Shown: one piece after another, positions 1-8,906 of the stretch
How positions within the stretch are numbered: position 1 is the stretch's first letter
How the letters are laid out: each line of letters opens with the position of its first letter
Origin: a virus
Virus record (IMG/VR): IMGVR_UViG_3300042892_003562
Location: 1 to 64,000 of that record
Strand: one strand, 5' to 3'
Length of the DNA: 64,000 nt
The notes under the pieces: model-generated
Seen by the model: the letters and a program-made list of their open reading frames with translations, nothing else
Database searches by the model: none
Told to the model about the DNA's origin: nothing
Made by a program: the position numbers and the translations under genes

Positions 1-2
1 AC

Positions 3-176
3 CTCAACGACCTCAACGCGATGGCAGCAGCCGAGTCCATCATCATCAAGGCTGGGGCGCAAACCATTCGGCTTTATGAGGACGCACTCCAAAAGTTTGT
101 TGCTAACATCGTATTTGCCACCGCCGCCCAACGCGCAGAAGCCTTCTTGAAAACACTGAACCTATGGACCGAATGA
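3..176 (+). CDS. 5'-partial hypothetical phage protein
   Basis: Open frame from window edge translating DLNAMAAAE...FATAAQRAEAFLKTLNLWTE*, a pattern I recognise from small phage hypothetical proteins; TGA overlaps next ATG (173). Confidence 0.55.
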   Translation, partial: LNDLNAMAAAESIIIKAGAQTIRLYEDALQKFVANIVFATAAQRAEAFLKTLNLWTE

Positions 177-340
177 GCATGTCCTTTCTTTGCGGCTTCC
201 TGTTCGCCGTGGCGGGATTGACGCTGTTTCTGACACAAGTTGCCACCGTTGAGCTTGCAAGGGCTTGGCGGGCGCTACGGGAGGACATAGAAACCAGCTT
301 CGGCCACGACACAGACATCTTTCCCGACCACATCCCATGA
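173..340 (+). CDS. small membrane protein (55 aa)
   Basis: Hand-translated MSMSFLCGFLFAVAGLTLFLTQVATVELARAW...; ATGA overlaps on both sides; one hydrophobic helix. Confidence 0.45.
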   Translation: MSMSFLCGFLFAVAGLTLFLTQVATVELARAWRALREDIETSFGHDTDIFPDHIP

Positions 341-543
341 ACACCCAAGCCATCTCGAAAAGCGAATCCCGCACCACCAAGCTGAAATGGTTCGGCACGG
401 TGGTGGGGGACGCCAACCAGCAGGAATTTGTCATCGCCGCGCCAACCCGCAACCGCTGCCTGTTCGCGGCGCGGCAGTTTTTCCCGGAAGCGAGAAGCTA
501 CGACGTGCAGCCGGTCACCTTGGTCTCACGTCAACACGACTAA
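337..543 (+). CDS. hypothetical protein
   Basis: ORF 265..543 re-started at ATG 337 (ATGA overlap with upstream stop). Confidence 0.5.
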   Translation: MNTQAISKSESRTTKLKWFGTVVGDANQQEFVIAAPTRNRCLFAARQFFPEARSYDVQPVTLVSRQHD

Positions 544-689
544 TCCGTTCATCCTATTGAAAACCATCATCACCCTGCTTCTCATCCTCCTCGCCATGCA
601 CGCCTGCCAATGCGTGACGGAGCGCTACGCGCTGGAGAAAACAACGTCTCAGTCAAAAAAAACCCACAACCAAGAAACAACCAAGCAAA

Positions 690-1145
690 ATGAACACCAT
701 TGAAACAACCATCAGTCCGAACGAAGCTGTCAAAGCGCTCGAAAGCTTCATCAGCAACTACACGCTCAACTCCATCCGCACCCAGCTGTTCCAGCACGAC
801 CACCAAGACGAGAAGCGCAACTTCGAGGAAAAATACAACTGCTGGTGCTACTGGACCAACCGTCAGGAAAAAACCCTGATCGCCAGCTCCAAAAGCTTCG
901 CCGACCGCGCCGCCGCGATGGCGTGGATCAAGGAAAAAGATTTGGGCGAGCCCGAGTTCAGCAAGCTGTCCTTCGCCACCAACAGCGGCGAGCCAAAGAC
1001 AATGTGCACCCTCAAGTGCGTCGGCGAGTTCGAAGGGATTCCTTTCGAGATCGAGGCCAACTACACCCGCGACGGGCTGCCCACTTCAACCTGCAAGGTG
1101 GTCGCCTCCACCAGCTACTCGGTGGTCTGCGAAACGGGCGCATAA
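690..1145 (+). CDS. hypothetical protein
   Basis: 151-aa ORF, phage-typical codon usage, A-rich upstream. Confidence 0.65.
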   Translation: MNTIETTISPNEAVKALESFISNYTLNSIRTQLFQHDHQDEKRNFEEKYNCWCYWTNRQEKTLIASSKSFADRAAAMAWIKEKDLGEPEFSKLSFATNSGEPKTMCTLKCVGEFEGIPFEIEANYTRDGLPTSTCKVVASTSYSVVCETGA

Positions 1146-1170
1146 TCTCCCCCGAACCAGACAAGAAACC

Positions 1171-1368
1171 ATGAAATGCTCCCGCTGCGGACACACCGTC
1201 CCGAACGTAGAGTGTTACGTCTGCTGGGAACAACCCGACGAAGGGAAAGACGCCTTTAGTCAGGCTAAAGACCTTGAATGTGACGACTGCCAGCAGTCGC
1301 TCTTCCACAACTCTCCTACAAGCTCGTCAGACACCCCAATGGGACATGGACAGCCATCCACCGTTTGA
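1171..1368 (+). CDS. small Cys-rich hypothetical protein
   Basis: Three CxxC pairs; AAACC before ATG. Confidence 0.4.
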   Translation: MKCSRCGHTVPNVECYVCWEQPDEGKDAFSQAKDLECDDCQQSLFHNSPTSSSDTPMGHGQPSTV

Positions 1369-1724
1369 CGAGCTTGTAGGTCCACCCCTTAACGCAAGAA
1401 ACACCATGCCCATGAAATCAGGCGACCGCGTCACCACTCCGGACGGAGAGGGAATCATCGTCGACTTCGAAATCCACCCGTCGCTCCATTCGAAAGTGCC
1501 GACGTATTACATCCACAACGAGCCAATGCCGGGACTCCCCGGCGAATACATCCGCTGCGGGGTGAAGGGCTGCCACGAACACATCCGCGTCGCATACTAC
1601 CCGCTCGACCAGATCAGCCAAGATCCGCAGCTGTAATTCAAATGTCGTCGCAAAGCCCTCAACCGTTTGAGGAAGCTTTCCAAAGAAACAACCGTCCAAC
1701 CACCTGTTCAGCCTGACTAAAGCC

Positions 1725-2453
1725 ATGTCACCCACCATAATCCGCAACGCCAAAGCATTCGAAAAAGAGCTCCGCGCCCTCAATTCGAACAACCTCACCA
1801 TTTACCAGATCGCCCGCGCACTCAAGATCACCCCGGCAACGACGAAACGCTACATGAATCATCTCGGGATAAAACTGGCGAAGCGCCGGAAGGACAGGGA
1901 CACCAAGCCCGACCTGCGGGTGGACGAAATGGTGGCGATGCGGAAAAAGGGCTTCACCCTCGACAGTATCGGAGGCAAGTTCAACCTCACCCGCGAACGG
2001 GTGCGTCAAATCCTCCAGCGGGAATGCCCCGACTTCGTCTTTCCCGTCAGGGTGGTGAAGAGCCAGCGCTGCAACCACTGTGAGATGGAGTTTACCCCGA
2101 CCGGGCCGTCTCCGAAGTTCTGCAGCCAGAAATGCAAGGGCTCCGCCAAAACCATCTTCAACCGCGAAACCGCGCTCGACATCATGCACGAGCGGGACAA
2201 GGGAAGCACATGGAATGAAGTGGCAAAAGCCATCGGCAACGGGTCCGGACACGCCGTGTTCCGTGCCACCATCCAGCGAAACAAAGGATTTTTCAGCATC
2301 ATGGAACAGCTGAAATACTTCCCGAAAAAAGGCGAGAAATACTTCAAGCCGGACAATGACAAGGAGTTGGGAGAAACCAAAGGATGTGAAGAACTTCAGG
2401 ACTCCTTTACCATAAGAGGGTTGCGCTCTCTTTTCTCCTTGCTCCGCCCGTAA
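1725..2453 (+). CDS. HTH DNA-binding protein with sigma70 region-4-like HTH and Zn ribbon
   Basis: TIYQIARALKITPATTKRY (HTH), TLDSIGGKFNLTRERVRQI (sigma70 r4.2 signature), CNHC...FCSQKC; preceded by motif copy 1707-1721. Confidence 0.7.
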   Translation: MSPTIIRNAKAFEKELRALNSNNLTIYQIARALKITPATTKRYMNHLGIKLAKRRKDRDTKPDLRVDEMVAMRKKGFTLDSIGGKFNLTRERVRQILQRECPDFVFPVRVVKSQRCNHCEMEFTPTGPSPKFCSQKCKGSAKTIFNRETALDIMHERDKGSTWNEVAKAIGNGSGHAVFRATIQRNKGFFSIMEQLKYFPKKGEKYFKPDNDKELGETKGCEELQDSFTIRGLRSLFSLLRP

Positions 2454-2533
2454 CCCCGTGGTAAAAGCCTCCCGGAATCAAGCCACCGGGCACTGCTCAC
2501 CGGCACGACAGCCACAACGTCAACTACCAAAAC

Positions 2534-2573
2534 AAGACCCCGGACCGAGGTGAAAACCCCGCCGGGGTCTTTT
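2534..2573 (+). terminator. Rho-independent terminator
   Basis: AAGACCCCGG...CCGGGGTCTTTT hairpin followed by a T tract. Confidence 0.65.
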
Positions 2574-2586
2574 GCGTCCACCCATC

Positions 2587-2748
2587 ATGAAAACATACAG
2601 CCAAGAACAACTCATCCAACTCCTCACGGAATGGATGGTGAAATACCGAGGAAGCCCCATGGAGCTTGACGATGAAGTTCGAGACCAATGGTATCGAGAC
2701 AACGGTCTGATCGCTCATTTCATCCGCGACCACTTCCCATCCCCATGA
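2587..2748 (+). CDS. hypothetical protein (53 aa)
   Basis: Hand-translated MKTYSQEQLIQLLTEWMVKY...; ATGA overlap with next gene. Confidence 0.45.
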   Translation: MKTYSQEQLIQLLTEWMVKYRGSPMELDDEVRDQWYRDNGLIAHFIRDHFPSP

Positions 2749-2903
2749 AAACCTACAAGATCATCCGCTTCTACGCGCCCGGAATCGACAAGGAAAACCA
2801 CGTCGTCAAAACGGGCCTCACCTTGGAAGAGGCGCAGGAACACTGCAACGACCCGGACACCCGCAAGGAGGGAGAATGGTTCGAAGGATACGACGAGGAA
2901 TAA
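2745..2903 (+). CDS. hypothetical phage protein
   Basis: MKTYKIIRFY...GLTLEEAQEHCNDPDT...WFEGY; start reassigned to ATG 2745. Confidence 0.6.
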   Translation: MKTYKIIRFYAPGIDKENHVVKTGLTLEEAQEHCNDPDTRKEGEWFEGYDEE

Positions 2904-2919
2904 ATTCCCAAAATCCTTC

Positions 2920-2947
2920 TTGACGATCCGGTCGTCTTAACTACCTT
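2920..2947 (+). promoter_or_regulatory. putative sigma70-type promoter
   Basis: TTGACG-N16-TACCTT just after a stop codon and before a long non-coding structured region. Confidence 0.4.
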
Positions 2948-2949
2948 CC

Positions 2950-4060
2950 CCCTTGACGACTGAGTAGGGCTCAACGTCATTGATCTTTCTGAATGGCCGA
3001 ACCAATCAGATTCAAGGGTCAGAGAACCGGTTGCCCTACTCCCGAGTCTCTGGCCCTTCTCCTTTCCTTTCCGGCTACGGAACCATATTAGCCGAACCAT
3101 CCGCCTGCACCGGCTGTCCGGGCTACGTCGATGCTCCCTGCCGTTTGACCTGCGCACAGGGACCTGTAAATCAACCAAGCTTGCCGTGAACTCGGCAGGG
3201 GCTCGGAAGGTGGCCAGTTACCGACCACCCTTTGAAAGATTTTCTTTGGCCCACAAAGGTTGAAGATTCGTGAAATGTAAAATACGAATCAAATCATCCT
3301 GATTGCATGCAGAACATATTGGGATCTTATGATCAATATGCCAACCCTCCTTACTCCAGTTGTCCCAATTCATTCCCTCTTCGAATTGGTTTTCCAAATG
3401 AAATCTCAACTGATCCCAAGTGCAACCAATATACTGATGAGTCCTCAAGCTTTTCTTGATCCTCTTTCTTTTCAGGCCAATCAAAACGCGAGTTTGAGCA
3501 TTTCGAGCCAATCGGGTCATTAAAGGCAATTCACTCCAAGGCTTAATCCTGCCATCTTTACGACGTCTTGCATCAGAAGCTCGATTGCAGACATTACGAG
3601 CAGCACGACGTTCCGCGTCAGACAAAAAAACTCTGCATGATTTCACGTTGTTGGGTCGTTGTTCTTGGTATCGAGTTCTCGCCCTGACTCTTGCTGATTC
3701 TCTTTTTTTCTCATAAGTTGAAACCTTCATCCACCGTTCTCCGTTCGGCTTACTTTTATCGTAACCCCAAAAAACCAAGCCGTCATCACGCAGCGTCCCT
3801 TTCTTAAGTCTCTCCGTCATTCCTGAATCATAAAGAATCAAAGCCCCTTTAGCAAGACTTTCCGAGCCCCCCTTCCCTTCACCGGGCAAATGGCTTACTG
3901 GACTCAGGGGTCGCAAGACTCAACACACCAACCGCTTCTCGGATACCTCAGACTCGTCTCAAAAGTAACAAGAAGAACCCGAATCCGTCCCTGCAAAGGG
4001 GTGGCCTAGGGTCTGACTTCCCGTGTTCCTACGACTGAACTCAAAGTAACCTTCCTTCCA
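2950..4060 (+). ncRNA. putative structured RNA interrupted by an antisense HNH gene
   Basis: Hairpin arms GAGTAGGGC..AAC / GTTGCCCTACTC; 14-bp stem 3198-3211 / 3857-3870 brackets the HNH ORF; no convincing + strand CDS. Confidence 0.4.
3218..3820 (-). CDS. HNH homing endonuclease
   Basis: YIGC...GMNWDNWSKEGWHIDHKIP...HFTNLQPLWAKENLSKG; AT-rich; start likely ATG 3820 (MTERLKKG) just downstream of TTGCTA-N17-TATGAT. Confidence 0.85.
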   Translation of the reverse strand: MTERLKKGTLRDDGLVFWGYDKSKPNGERWMKVSTYEKKRESARVRARTRYQEQRPNNVKSCRVFLSDAERRAARNVCNRASDARRRKDGRIKPWSELPLMTRLARNAQTRVLIGLKRKRIKKSLRTHQYIGCTWDQLRFHLENQFEEGMNWDNWSKEGWHIDHKIPICSACNQDDLIRILHFTNLQPLWAKENLSKGGR

Positions 4061-4072
4061 CCGTCCGTCGTC

Positions 4073-4531
4073 ATGAGCAGCAAGCGTAAGTGGACCAAGA
4101 CCGGCCATTGGTCGTTCGACGAGAAGAAGGCGTCGAAACCGACGAAGGTGAAGCGCCTCCGCAACGACCAGAAGCAGCCGGAGCTCGACGCCCACACGTT
4201 CGACGACTGGTCCGCCGCTGGCTACCGCATCTCCAAGGGGGCGAAGAGCCGCTCGCGCAATTTGGACGGGGTCCCGTTATTCGGTCTTGACCAAGTTTGG
4301 ACGAACGACAAGAAAGCCCGTCCGCCTGTCTCCAAAAAACCCTCCGTCCCCGTCCCCACGTCATGCCCTCCCGTCAAACATTCGCAGTCCAACTGGTCTC
4401 AGCCCTCCGGGCTGGTGAAGGAAGTGTTGGCGAGGATGGAGGAGAAGAAGGAGACAGAGGAGGAAAAGCACATGCACATGCCTGAAAGCTTCGAGACCAA
4501 CGAAGACGACTATAAAGATTTACCTTACTAA
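4073..4531 (+). CDS. hypothetical protein
   Basis: 152-aa ORF with TFDDWSAAGYRISKGAKS segment. Confidence 0.6.
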   Translation: MSSKRKWTKTGHWSFDEKKASKPTKVKRLRNDQKQPELDAHTFDDWSAAGYRISKGAKSRSRNLDGVPLFGLDQVWTNDKKARPPVSKKPSVPVPTSCPPVKHSQSNWSQPSGLVKEVLARMEEKKETEEEKHMHMPESFETNEDDYKDLPY

Positions 4532-4532
4532 C

Positions 4533-4763
4533 ATGAAACATCCAATTCAAGTGCGCTTGATTTGCGGCGAGCGAAGCAACATCCTTCGCAAGCTCTACGT
4601 TGATCAGGTGGGCAATTTCAACCGTGTCGCCTGTCGTTACGCCGGAAAAACCTACATCGTCCACTCCGAAGCCGGAGACTTAAGCGACCCTTTCCGGGCG
4701 GACGCCAACTACTTGGACTGTCTTTACATCAAAACGTGGGAGCCCTGCCAGTGGTCTCTTTAG
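4533..4763 (+). CDS. hypothetical protein
   Basis: Tightly packed ORF; TAG stop supplied by motif copy 4759-4773. Confidence 0.55.
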   Translation: MKHPIQVRLICGERSNILRKLYVDQVGNFNRVACRYAGKTYIVHSEAGDLSDPFRADANYLDCLYIKTWEPCQWSL

Positions 4764-4775
4764 CCTGACTAAAAC

Positions 4776-5057
4776 ATGAACCAAAAACTCTCCGACGACA
4801 GCGCAAATTCCGCCGCCATCCACTTGAATCTAGAACCTTATCACCAGCGCATCTACGAGCTGGAGGGCCGTCTCAACCACATTGAGCAGGCCTACATCAA
4901 CTCCGACCGTCTACGGATGATATGCCAGCTCCAGCTGGAAGCCCTCACACAGGCCGCTGAGCGCGTCCGTGACGCTCGCGGGCGCTACCACACCCAGAAA
5001 GCATTTGAAGAGCTTGTAGAGCTACTGCACGAGCAAGGAAAGACCAACCAGCCATGA
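4776..5057 (+). CDS. hypothetical protein
   Basis: ORF starts 2 nt after the motif; coiled-coil character. Confidence 0.55.
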   Translation: MNQKLSDDSANSAAIHLNLEPYHQRIYELEGRLNHIEQAYINSDRLRMICQLQLEALTQAAERVRDARGRYHTQKAFEELVELLHEQGKTNQP

Positions 5058-5269
5058 AAACCCCCTACCACGACGACGACGGAGTCCGTATCAGACAAGG
5101 AATGTGGGTGAGCTTCTGCTACGGCATTCCTCCGGTTCACGTCCGAGGCGAAGTGGTGCGTGACAAAAAACAGGTTCTCATCGTCACCACCCCCGGCCAT
5201 TCCCCGGATCACTGCCGACTTTCCGAACTCCGCGAATTCGTCGGAAGCTTCTACAGACACCACCTATGA
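5054..5269 (+). CDS. hypothetical protein
   Basis: ATGA overlaps on both sides. Confidence 0.55.
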   Translation: MKTPYHDDDGVRIRQGMWVSFCYGIPPVHVRGEVVRDKKQVLIVTTPGHSPDHCRLSELREFVGSFYRHHL

Positions 5270-5469
5270 CCTTCAAGACCCAGCCCGTCCACATCGAGTG
5301 GACGCTATACCTCAAGTCCGGTCCGGTCCAGATTTGGGAAGGCAAGCCTGAACGCGGTTCATGGACTCAATGGGAATGCCGCAACGTCCAAAGCGGCGAA
5401 ACCCGCCATATCGACAAAAACAACGTCCTTCAAACTTTCGACCAAATGACCAACAACCAAGAATCATGA
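5266..5469 (+). CDS. hypothetical protein
   Basis: ATGA overlaps on both sides. Confidence 0.55.
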   Translation: MTFKTQPVHIEWTLYLKSGPVQIWEGKPERGSWTQWECRNVQSGETRHIDKNNVLQTFDQMTNNQES

Positions 5470-5816
5470 CTACTCACGATCAGATGCTGGCCGACGACTG
5501 GCGAACATTCCGAGATCCGTTCCGGGAAAAACGCACATGCTACGCCAAGTCATTCGAGGGTCACGCCAAGTGCGCCTGCAACACTCCAAAGAACAAGCAG
5601 GTGGAAGTCTACCACTATCCGTCCGACCGGATCGCCGGACTGGACCTGCCCGAGTCGTGGCACGTCGAACTCAACGGCGAGCTTCCAGACGGCGAATGGG
5701 TAAGGATGACCGTGGAAGGACTCCAAACCTTCGATCAAATCACATCCAAGGCCAAAGACCTGCTCACCGCATGGGACCGCCTTGTCTCCATCACCCCAAC
5801 CGTCATCAAAGAATAA
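5466..5816 (+). CDS. hypothetical protein
   Basis: ORF 5361..5816 re-started at ATG 5466 (ATGA overlap). Confidence 0.6.
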   Translation: MTTHDQMLADDWRTFRDPFREKRTCYAKSFEGHAKCACNTPKNKQVEVYHYPSDRIAGLDLPESWHVELNGELPDGEWVRMTVEGLQTFDQITSKAKDLLTAWDRLVSITPTVIKE

Positions 5817-5819
5817 ACC

Positions 5820-6195
5820 GATTTCTACTGCTCCAGCAGCGACCGGTCGCTACGGAAACTGTAAAGCATGGCTTACAACACTGGAGGAAGAAAGCCCCTA
5901 AGCCCGTTCAGGAAAATGCGAAGCCCTTCTCGGGCGAATCAATAGCGGGAATCAAAATTAGAGACGAGAAAAAGCATCCAAGTGCGTAGCGCGAGGATGG
6001 AGCTGCTGGGGCGATACGCCAGCGCCGGACGCAGTAACCGGCTTCAATGAAGCGGCAGCACGGAAGGACGTGCCCGTAGAACCTAGGCTATAAGATCACT
6101 CAGGATTCAGATTGGGAGCGAAAGCGACCATGAGGGAGATGCGCTCCCATGCACGCATATGATATATGTCGTATTCGCAATCGACCCGCTTCACC
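5820..6195 (+). ncRNA. structured ncRNA cluster ending in a tRNA-like element (6049-6195)
   Basis: Successive hairpins (CTCCAG/CTGGAG, GCCCG/CGGGC, CATCC/GGATG, GCCGG/CCGGC); 7-bp acceptor-like stem GAAGCGG 6049-6055 / CCGCTTC 6186-6192 + ACC; D-like arm GCACG/CGTGC; T-like arm GTCG..TTCG..CGAC. Confidence 0.5.
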
Positions 6196-6217
6196 TTTTT
6201 CAGCCTGACCAAACACC

Positions 6218-6544
6218 ATGAACACCCTCGAACAAACCCGCCACTTCCGACCCGACGTCGCCATCACCGTGTCGTGGGAATTTGACCCGTCGTTCGTCTG
6301 GGACGGCGACATGGAAGACCCAAAGCTCGACCCGGACAATCCGCTGTTCCCGCACGACGTCACCGTCACCGCGTCCATCATCCGGCGAGGCGTCCTCATC
6401 CAAGACAGCGTCTACCTCGGAGGCTGCTACGCCCCGGCGGGCGGTCCCTACGACGAGGAGATCGACGGCTACCTGCCGCAGCTCGTCGACGACGCCATTC
6501 AATTCCTCGACCTGAAGCTCAAAGAAACCATCATCGAACCATGA
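6218..6544 (+). CDS. hypothetical protein
   Basis: Acidic 108-aa ORF after motif variant 6199-6213. Confidence 0.6.
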   Translation: MNTLEQTRHFRPDVAITVSWEFDPSFVWDGDMEDPKLDPDNPLFPHDVTVTASIIRRGVLIQDSVYLGGCYAPAGGPYDEEIDGYLPQLVDDAIQFLDLKLKETIIEP

Positions 6545-6736
6545 AAGTCCAACCCAAGGAAGCCTTCAAACTGCTCGGCACCGACATTGAACTCGACCCG
6601 ACGTTCGTTTACAACGCGTCACCCTCCGACAACCTGCCGGACATCACGCCCGGCCTCATCTACGTCCACGAGCGCGACGAGAACCCAGTAGGGGTGCTGC
6701 TGCGCGAAGGGGAATACACCATCATCGAACCATGAA
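6527..6736 (+). repeat. 19-bp direct repeat ACCATCATCGAACCATGAA (6527-6545, 6718-6736)
   Basis: Exact match by eye; two adjacent genes both end TIIEP*. Confidence 0.85.
6541..6735 (+). CDS. hypothetical protein
   Basis: ATGA overlaps; flanked by a 19-bp direct repeat. Confidence 0.55.
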   Translation: MKVQPKEAFKLLGTDIELDPTFVYNASPSDNLPDITPGLIYVHERDENPVGVLLREGEYTIIEP

Positions 6737-6983
6737 CGCCACCTTCCCTCTGTCTTCTTACGACCGAAATCGAGGAAAATACACAATCGTCACAGAGCAA
6801 GGAAATCTCTATGCCACGACCTATGACCCAGCGGCTCGCGACGCCATCCTCGCCATCCCCGACATGCTGAGCGCTTTGCGCTTGGGGTTGAATTTCGTCA
6901 TCGAACAGAGAAACGCAGGTTTGGATGTCGACCATGAATTTGACATCCTTACCTCTGCCATCCAACAAGCCACCCAACCATGA
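6732..6983 (+). CDS. hypothetical protein
   Basis: ATGA overlaps; AILAIPDMLSAL segment typical of small phage proteins. Confidence 0.55.
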   Translation: MNATFPLSSYDRNRGKYTIVTEQGNLYATTYDPAARDAILAIPDMLSALRLGLNFVIEQRNAGLDVDHEFDILTSAIQQATQP

Positions 6984-7828
6984 CCGAAGAATTCAAACGC
7001 CAGCTACAGAGCTTTCCCTCCCCGTTCCAGCGGGCCATGCAGAACAGCGCCTACGACAAGGGCCGCTCCACCTTCACCGTGACAGGCTTGCTAAGCCCGC
7101 CGCAGCGGACGTGGCTCGGGACCTTTAACGAGCGCATGGAGACGCCCTACGGGTCGTTCGCGGCCCTCATGGGCACCGCCATCCACACCGTCCTCGAATC
7201 CCACGTCAACGCCGAAAGCGGGGAAGTGGCTGAACAACGGATGTTCGCGGAAATGCACGGCATCACCGTCAGCGGCCAGCTCGATCTTTGGGAAAACGGC
7301 ACCTTGTTCGATTACAAAAGCACCCGTGGCGTGCAGGACGAGATGAAGCCCGACCACTACAAGCAGGTGAACATGAACGCCTATTTGGCCGGGTTGAACG
7401 GGCTTCATTCTGAGAACGTCGGCATCGTCTACATCCAAATGGACTGGTCCTACATGACCAGCACGGTCAACCCGAACTACCCGCAAAGCCCGTTCCGAAT
7501 CTTCATCCACCCCTACAACGAAAAGATCGCCAAGGACACGCTGGACAAGGCCATTCCCGAGCACATTGCAGCGCTCGACGGCAAGCCGCGCCAATGCACC
7601 CGCGAGGAGAAATGGCAAAAGGACGACAGCTACGCGTTGATGAAGCCTGACGCCAAGCGTGCGTCGAAAGTGTGCGACTCGCTGGCCGAGGCGCAGGCGG
7701 AACTGAAACCCGGCCAGATCATCCAAGTCCGCAAAGGAGAAAGCACGTTTTGCAAGATGTTCTGCGGGTTCAAGCACTGCTGCCCGCAGTTCAAGATGGA
7801 ATCACTTTCAACCAACCAAGAACCATGA
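6980..7828 (+). CDS. PD-(D/E)XK (Cas4/RecB-like) exonuclease
   Basis: GTAIHTVLE, SGQLDLW, FDYKST, QVNMNAY motifs; C-terminal CKMFCGFKHCCPQ; upstream of the ERF gene. Confidence 0.8.
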   Translation: MTEEFKRQLQSFPSPFQRAMQNSAYDKGRSTFTVTGLLSPPQRTWLGTFNERMETPYGSFAALMGTAIHTVLESHVNAESGEVAEQRMFAEMHGITVSGQLDLWENGTLFDYKSTRGVQDEMKPDHYKQVNMNAYLAGLNGLHSENVGIVYIQMDWSYMTSTVNPNYPQSPFRIFIHPYNEKIAKDTLDKAIPEHIAALDGKPRQCTREEKWQKDDSYALMKPDAKRASKVCDSLAEAQAELKPGQIIQVRKGESTFCKMFCGFKHCCPQFKMESLSTNQEP

Positions 7829-8058
7829 CCACCACCCTGTCCTTTCAAACGACACTGTCCGCACGCGATCTTTGTCGCGAAAACTCCAAGGATGAAATCA
7901 TGAAGCTGATCATGGATTTAGACTTCGCCGTCGCCGAGGCCGACTTCACCGAAACCCTCATCCTCAAGCTCGCCGACACGCTGTCAGCCGACTCGAAAAC
8001 CTCGACGATGGTGGCGATTGGAAACAAGATCGCCGCCATGCAAGGCTACACCCCCTGA
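7825..8058 (+). CDS. hypothetical protein
   Basis: Re-started at ATG 7825 (ATGA overlap). Confidence 0.5.
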   Translation: MTTTLSFQTTLSARDLCRENSKDEIMKLIMDLDFAVAEADFTETLILKLADTLSADSKTSTMVAIGNKIAAMQGYTP

Positions 8059-8082
8059 GCCCTCCGGGCTGGAGACCATTTT

Positions 8083-8304
8083 ATGATCACGTCACTACCG
8101 CAAAACATCCGCCGCGTGTTCGAAAAACACGGGCTTGAAGCCGACTCCCTGTCCTTTGACGAAGCATCCCTTGTCGTTGAATTCGACGACATTGAGGTGG
8201 CTTTCAAGGTGAGGGAGGCCATACTCGACCTTCACGCCTGCTGCCTCATCAACCGTGGCGGCAAGCCCCATCTCCTTATTCACAACCTACTCGCCAACCA
8301 ATAG
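8083..8304 (+). CDS. hypothetical protein
   Basis: 73-aa ORF packed before ERF. Confidence 0.5.
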   Translation: MITSLPQNIRRVFEKHGLEADSLSFDEASLVVEFDDIEVAFKVREAILDLHACCLINRGGKPHLLIHNLLANQ

Positions 8305-8306
8305 CC

Positions 8307-8906
8307 ATGCAAAAAGCAGCCATCAAACTACAACAGATCCAGTCGGAGCTGGTCGCCCCCAAGGACAAGCTCAACAAGTTCGCCGGATACAACTACCGTT
8401 CCGCCGAAGGGATCTTGGAAGCCCTCAAGCCCCACCTTGAGAAACACAAGGCCATCCTCACGCTCAGCGACGAGATGGTGCAGGTGGGGGACCGCGTCTA
8501 CGTCAAGGCCATCGCCACGTTCACCGCCGACGGCGAGTCCGTCGTCACCCACGCGTTCGCCCGCGAGCCGGAGGACAAGAAGGGGTCGGACGCCAGCCAG
8601 ATCACCGGAGCGGCCTCGTCCTACGCCCGCAAATACGCCCTCAACGGATTGTTCTGCATCGACGACACCAAGGACGCCGACGCCACCAACGACCACGGGA
8701 TGAAGGAGACGACCAAGCCCGCCGCTGTCGTTGTCAAACCCACAGCCAAAGACGAGGAGATGGTCGACAAGATCATCGAGGCGTTCAAACAGCAAACCAC
8801 TCTCACCGAGCTTGATGCGAAGATGAAGAAAGCGGAGGCCACGCCCTACGCAAAACATCCGCGTGTCCTGCTCGCCTACACCGAAACCAAAAACAACATA
8901 AAGTAA
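8307..8906 (+). CDS. erf: ERF-family ssDNA annealing protein (recombinase)
   Basis: NKFAGYNYRSAEGILEALKP and QITGAASSYARKYALNGLFCIDDTKDAD, the ERF signature. Confidence 0.88.
   Translation: MQKAAIKLQQIQSELVAPKDKLNKFAGYNYRSAEGILEALKPHLEKHKAILTLSDEMVQVGDRVYVKAIATFTADGESVVTHAFAREPEDKKGSDASQITGAASSYARKYALNGLFCIDDTKDADATNDHGMKETTKPAAVVVKPTAKDEEMVDKIIEAFKQQTTLTELDAKMKKAEATPYAKHPRVLLAYTETKNNIK

Noticed and set aside
6049-6195. Canonical tRNA or tmRNA gene (also 10134-10245)
   Set aside because: No 7-nt anticodon loop in the right place, degenerate T arms, no Ala identity pair or tag ORF recognised.
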